DNA of 62,660 nt, counting the filler, from Choristocarpus tenellus KU-1152 (lineage: Eukaryota; Protista; Phaeophyceae): assembly GCA_964200185.2 (NCBI GenBank). It is 11 parts of 11 records of this genome, joined end to end, with 100 filler letters (N's around TTAATTAATTAA, not from the genome) between each part and the next. Parts side by side here need not be neighbours in the genome. Positions count along the whole stretch, not along the records: positions 57,286 to 62,660 come from CAXNAD020010995.1; 10 more parts are not named here. The stretch is one strand, 5' to 3'. Under the pieces are notes generated by a model. The model did not search any database. It had not been told where the DNA came from and saw nothing but the letters and a program-made list of their open reading frames with translations. This document shows, piece after piece, positions 61,030 to 62,660 of this stretch. A program made the position numbers and the translations under genes. The number at the start of each line of letters is the position of its first letter. Within the stretch, counting starts at the first letter, position 1.

Positions 61030-62631
61030 TCCTTTCGCTTTTGTTCAATTCCTCCTAATCCCCATCATTAACCCGTACCCTCAAGTAAGGTGACTTGAAG
61101 TCAAAAACTGTACCTGTGTACCACTTATCTCTTCCTTTCTCGTCTTTCCACCACTTCTTGACAGTGGTACCTGTGGGGAAAAGGCGTGATGCATCCTCTT
61201 GGGACAAGGGTTTTCCTTGGCGAGAGGTGCCAATATGACACGGGTTCGTGTCTGGAATGTAGAGGTCCCAGAGGGCGTGGAAGACATCGAACTGTAGTGG
61301 GGTGAAGCTATCCATAGCTTCTTTTTCAGTTGCCCAATCTGATCATTCTCCGTTCTGATACTTCCTCTTGTACTCCCAGTGCCATACACATTGGATGGCG
61401 ACAATACTGCTTTTTCTATCAGTGAGGGTGTACATAGGGGTTGCTACCACGGATTCCTCTGTTAGACCTAGGTCCGATTCCCATACCATTTGGGCATATT
61501 CGTATTGAAAGCTATGTCTCAGATGAATGGGTCTTACGTGGAAGGGTTCACACGAGAAGCATGAACATTACGTGTGCGTATTTGCCTACCCAGGAATTCG
61601 ACTATCATGCTACTACTCTGCTGTGAAATTTTCTTTACAATCCACGATTTCGTCAATCTTTCATGGACTAGCTTTCTGCCCACTCTTGTCTCACCTATTT
61701 TTCCCTCATGAATAGAGCTGTCTGCTTCCTTCACTAAAACTAGGTCACCTGGTTTGGATCCTAGTCCTGGGGAAGATGTGGCAAATCAAAGCGTTGGCTC
61801 TCTCTCTCTGTTCTTCTGTCTTGCAGACATCCTTCTCTCCAGTACTTGTCATACCTCCCTAAAGTTCTCTCTGCGTTGCTCAATGAAGGAATCCAATCCT
61901 CCAACCTCTATGTCCCCATCCAAATTGGGTATGAGGGTGTCTAGCTGTGTGTGAGGATCGCAGCCAACAAGACTCGGAAAGGAGTGGAGTTGAGGGGGTC
62001 AGATGGATCTGGAGTAGTGCGCTGTGCCCAATATCCGGAGATACGTACTCATCCCATCTATCTGGCCACTTCACACATAGTTCCGACAGGACTTCTAAAA
62101 GCCATCCTCTCATCTTTTCTACTCCCCCTTGTCCTCTTGAGTTTCCATTAGGTCCATAATTGGTAGGGACGTTCAGCCAACGACAAAGGCGATTCATTAT
62201 GCCTCCTATGAACTCCCCTCCCGCATCACTACGAATTGACAGAGGGATTCCGAATGTAAGATATTATTCCAACACGTTTGTTGCTACTCCAGCTGCTTCC
62301 TTCGACACCATTGGGAATGCAAAAGGGGGAATCTTGAAGCCCTATCACTCCCAATTAATAGATACTTGTTGCCTCTTGCCGAGATGTGTCCCACATGTTG
62401 TAGACCCATGTCAAGTACATCCCATGGTTCCAGGAACTTGGCTGGTAGCATTGCCACTTGTGCACTCCTTGTCCTTTTTCGTCTGCAGCAGCCACAGGAT
62501 AGAAATAATCCTGTGTGTCTTTGTGGAGTGAGGGCCAAAAGAAATATCGTCGGGTTAGGGCTATTGTGCGTCCAACTCCCTGGTGGCCAGACTGCAGATG
62601 TACTAGTGCTATGATGTCTGACACGATTGAA
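61030..62631 (-). mobile_element. Ty3/gypsy integrase pseudogene with C-terminal Tudor-like module
   Basis: HLQSGHQGVGRT...FFWPSLHKD...SCGC (HHCC zinc finger); LEPWDVLDM, KYLL..DRASRF, FGIPLSIRSDAGGEF and GQGGVEK (rve core); C-terminal GTTVKKWW...WYTGTVFDFKSPYLRVRVNDGD*EEL. Frameshifts and stops present. Confidence 0.9.
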
Positions 62632-62660
62632 GGGTCAAAGTATCTGAGGGGGGGTGCCGG
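62632..62660. mobile_element. MITE family 1 left terminus, interrupting the gypsy pol
   Basis: GGGTCAAAGTATCTG-polyG directly abuts the integrase coding remnant. Confidence 0.7.

Overview
This is eukaryotic DNA from a fragmented assembly. Eleven short contigs are joined by ten artificial 100-bp spacers (44 N + TTAATTAATTAA + 44 N), so adjacency across a spacer means nothing. Frequent GT-AG introns, interspersed TTAGGG/CCCTAA runs and the transposon types suggest a stramenopile, possibly a brown alga (inference). Best-supported host genes: the 5' part of a multi-exon myosin (minus strand, 33708-41126), head-to-head with a PDZ/coiled-coil gene (plus strand, from 41456); a five-exon low-complexity gene (44364-53009); and several smaller phase-compatible exon groups. 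The rest is largely decayed transposable elements: Ty3/gypsy, Ty1/copia, an RTE-like LINE 3' end, a complete non-autonomous plant-type mariner with TIRs and TA duplications, a PIF/Harbinger transposase remnant and at least two MITE families, plus mini- and microsatellites. I found no CRISPR array, rRNA, tRNA or Fanzor/TnpB, and nothing I can confidently call a new biological system. The best leads are a gypsy integrase ending in a Tudor-like module, the myosin/PDZ divergent pair, the myosin's micro-exon-built insert, a USP-like remnant and an RNase III-like motif in an RG-rich protein. All protein assignments are motif recognition by eye, not database results.
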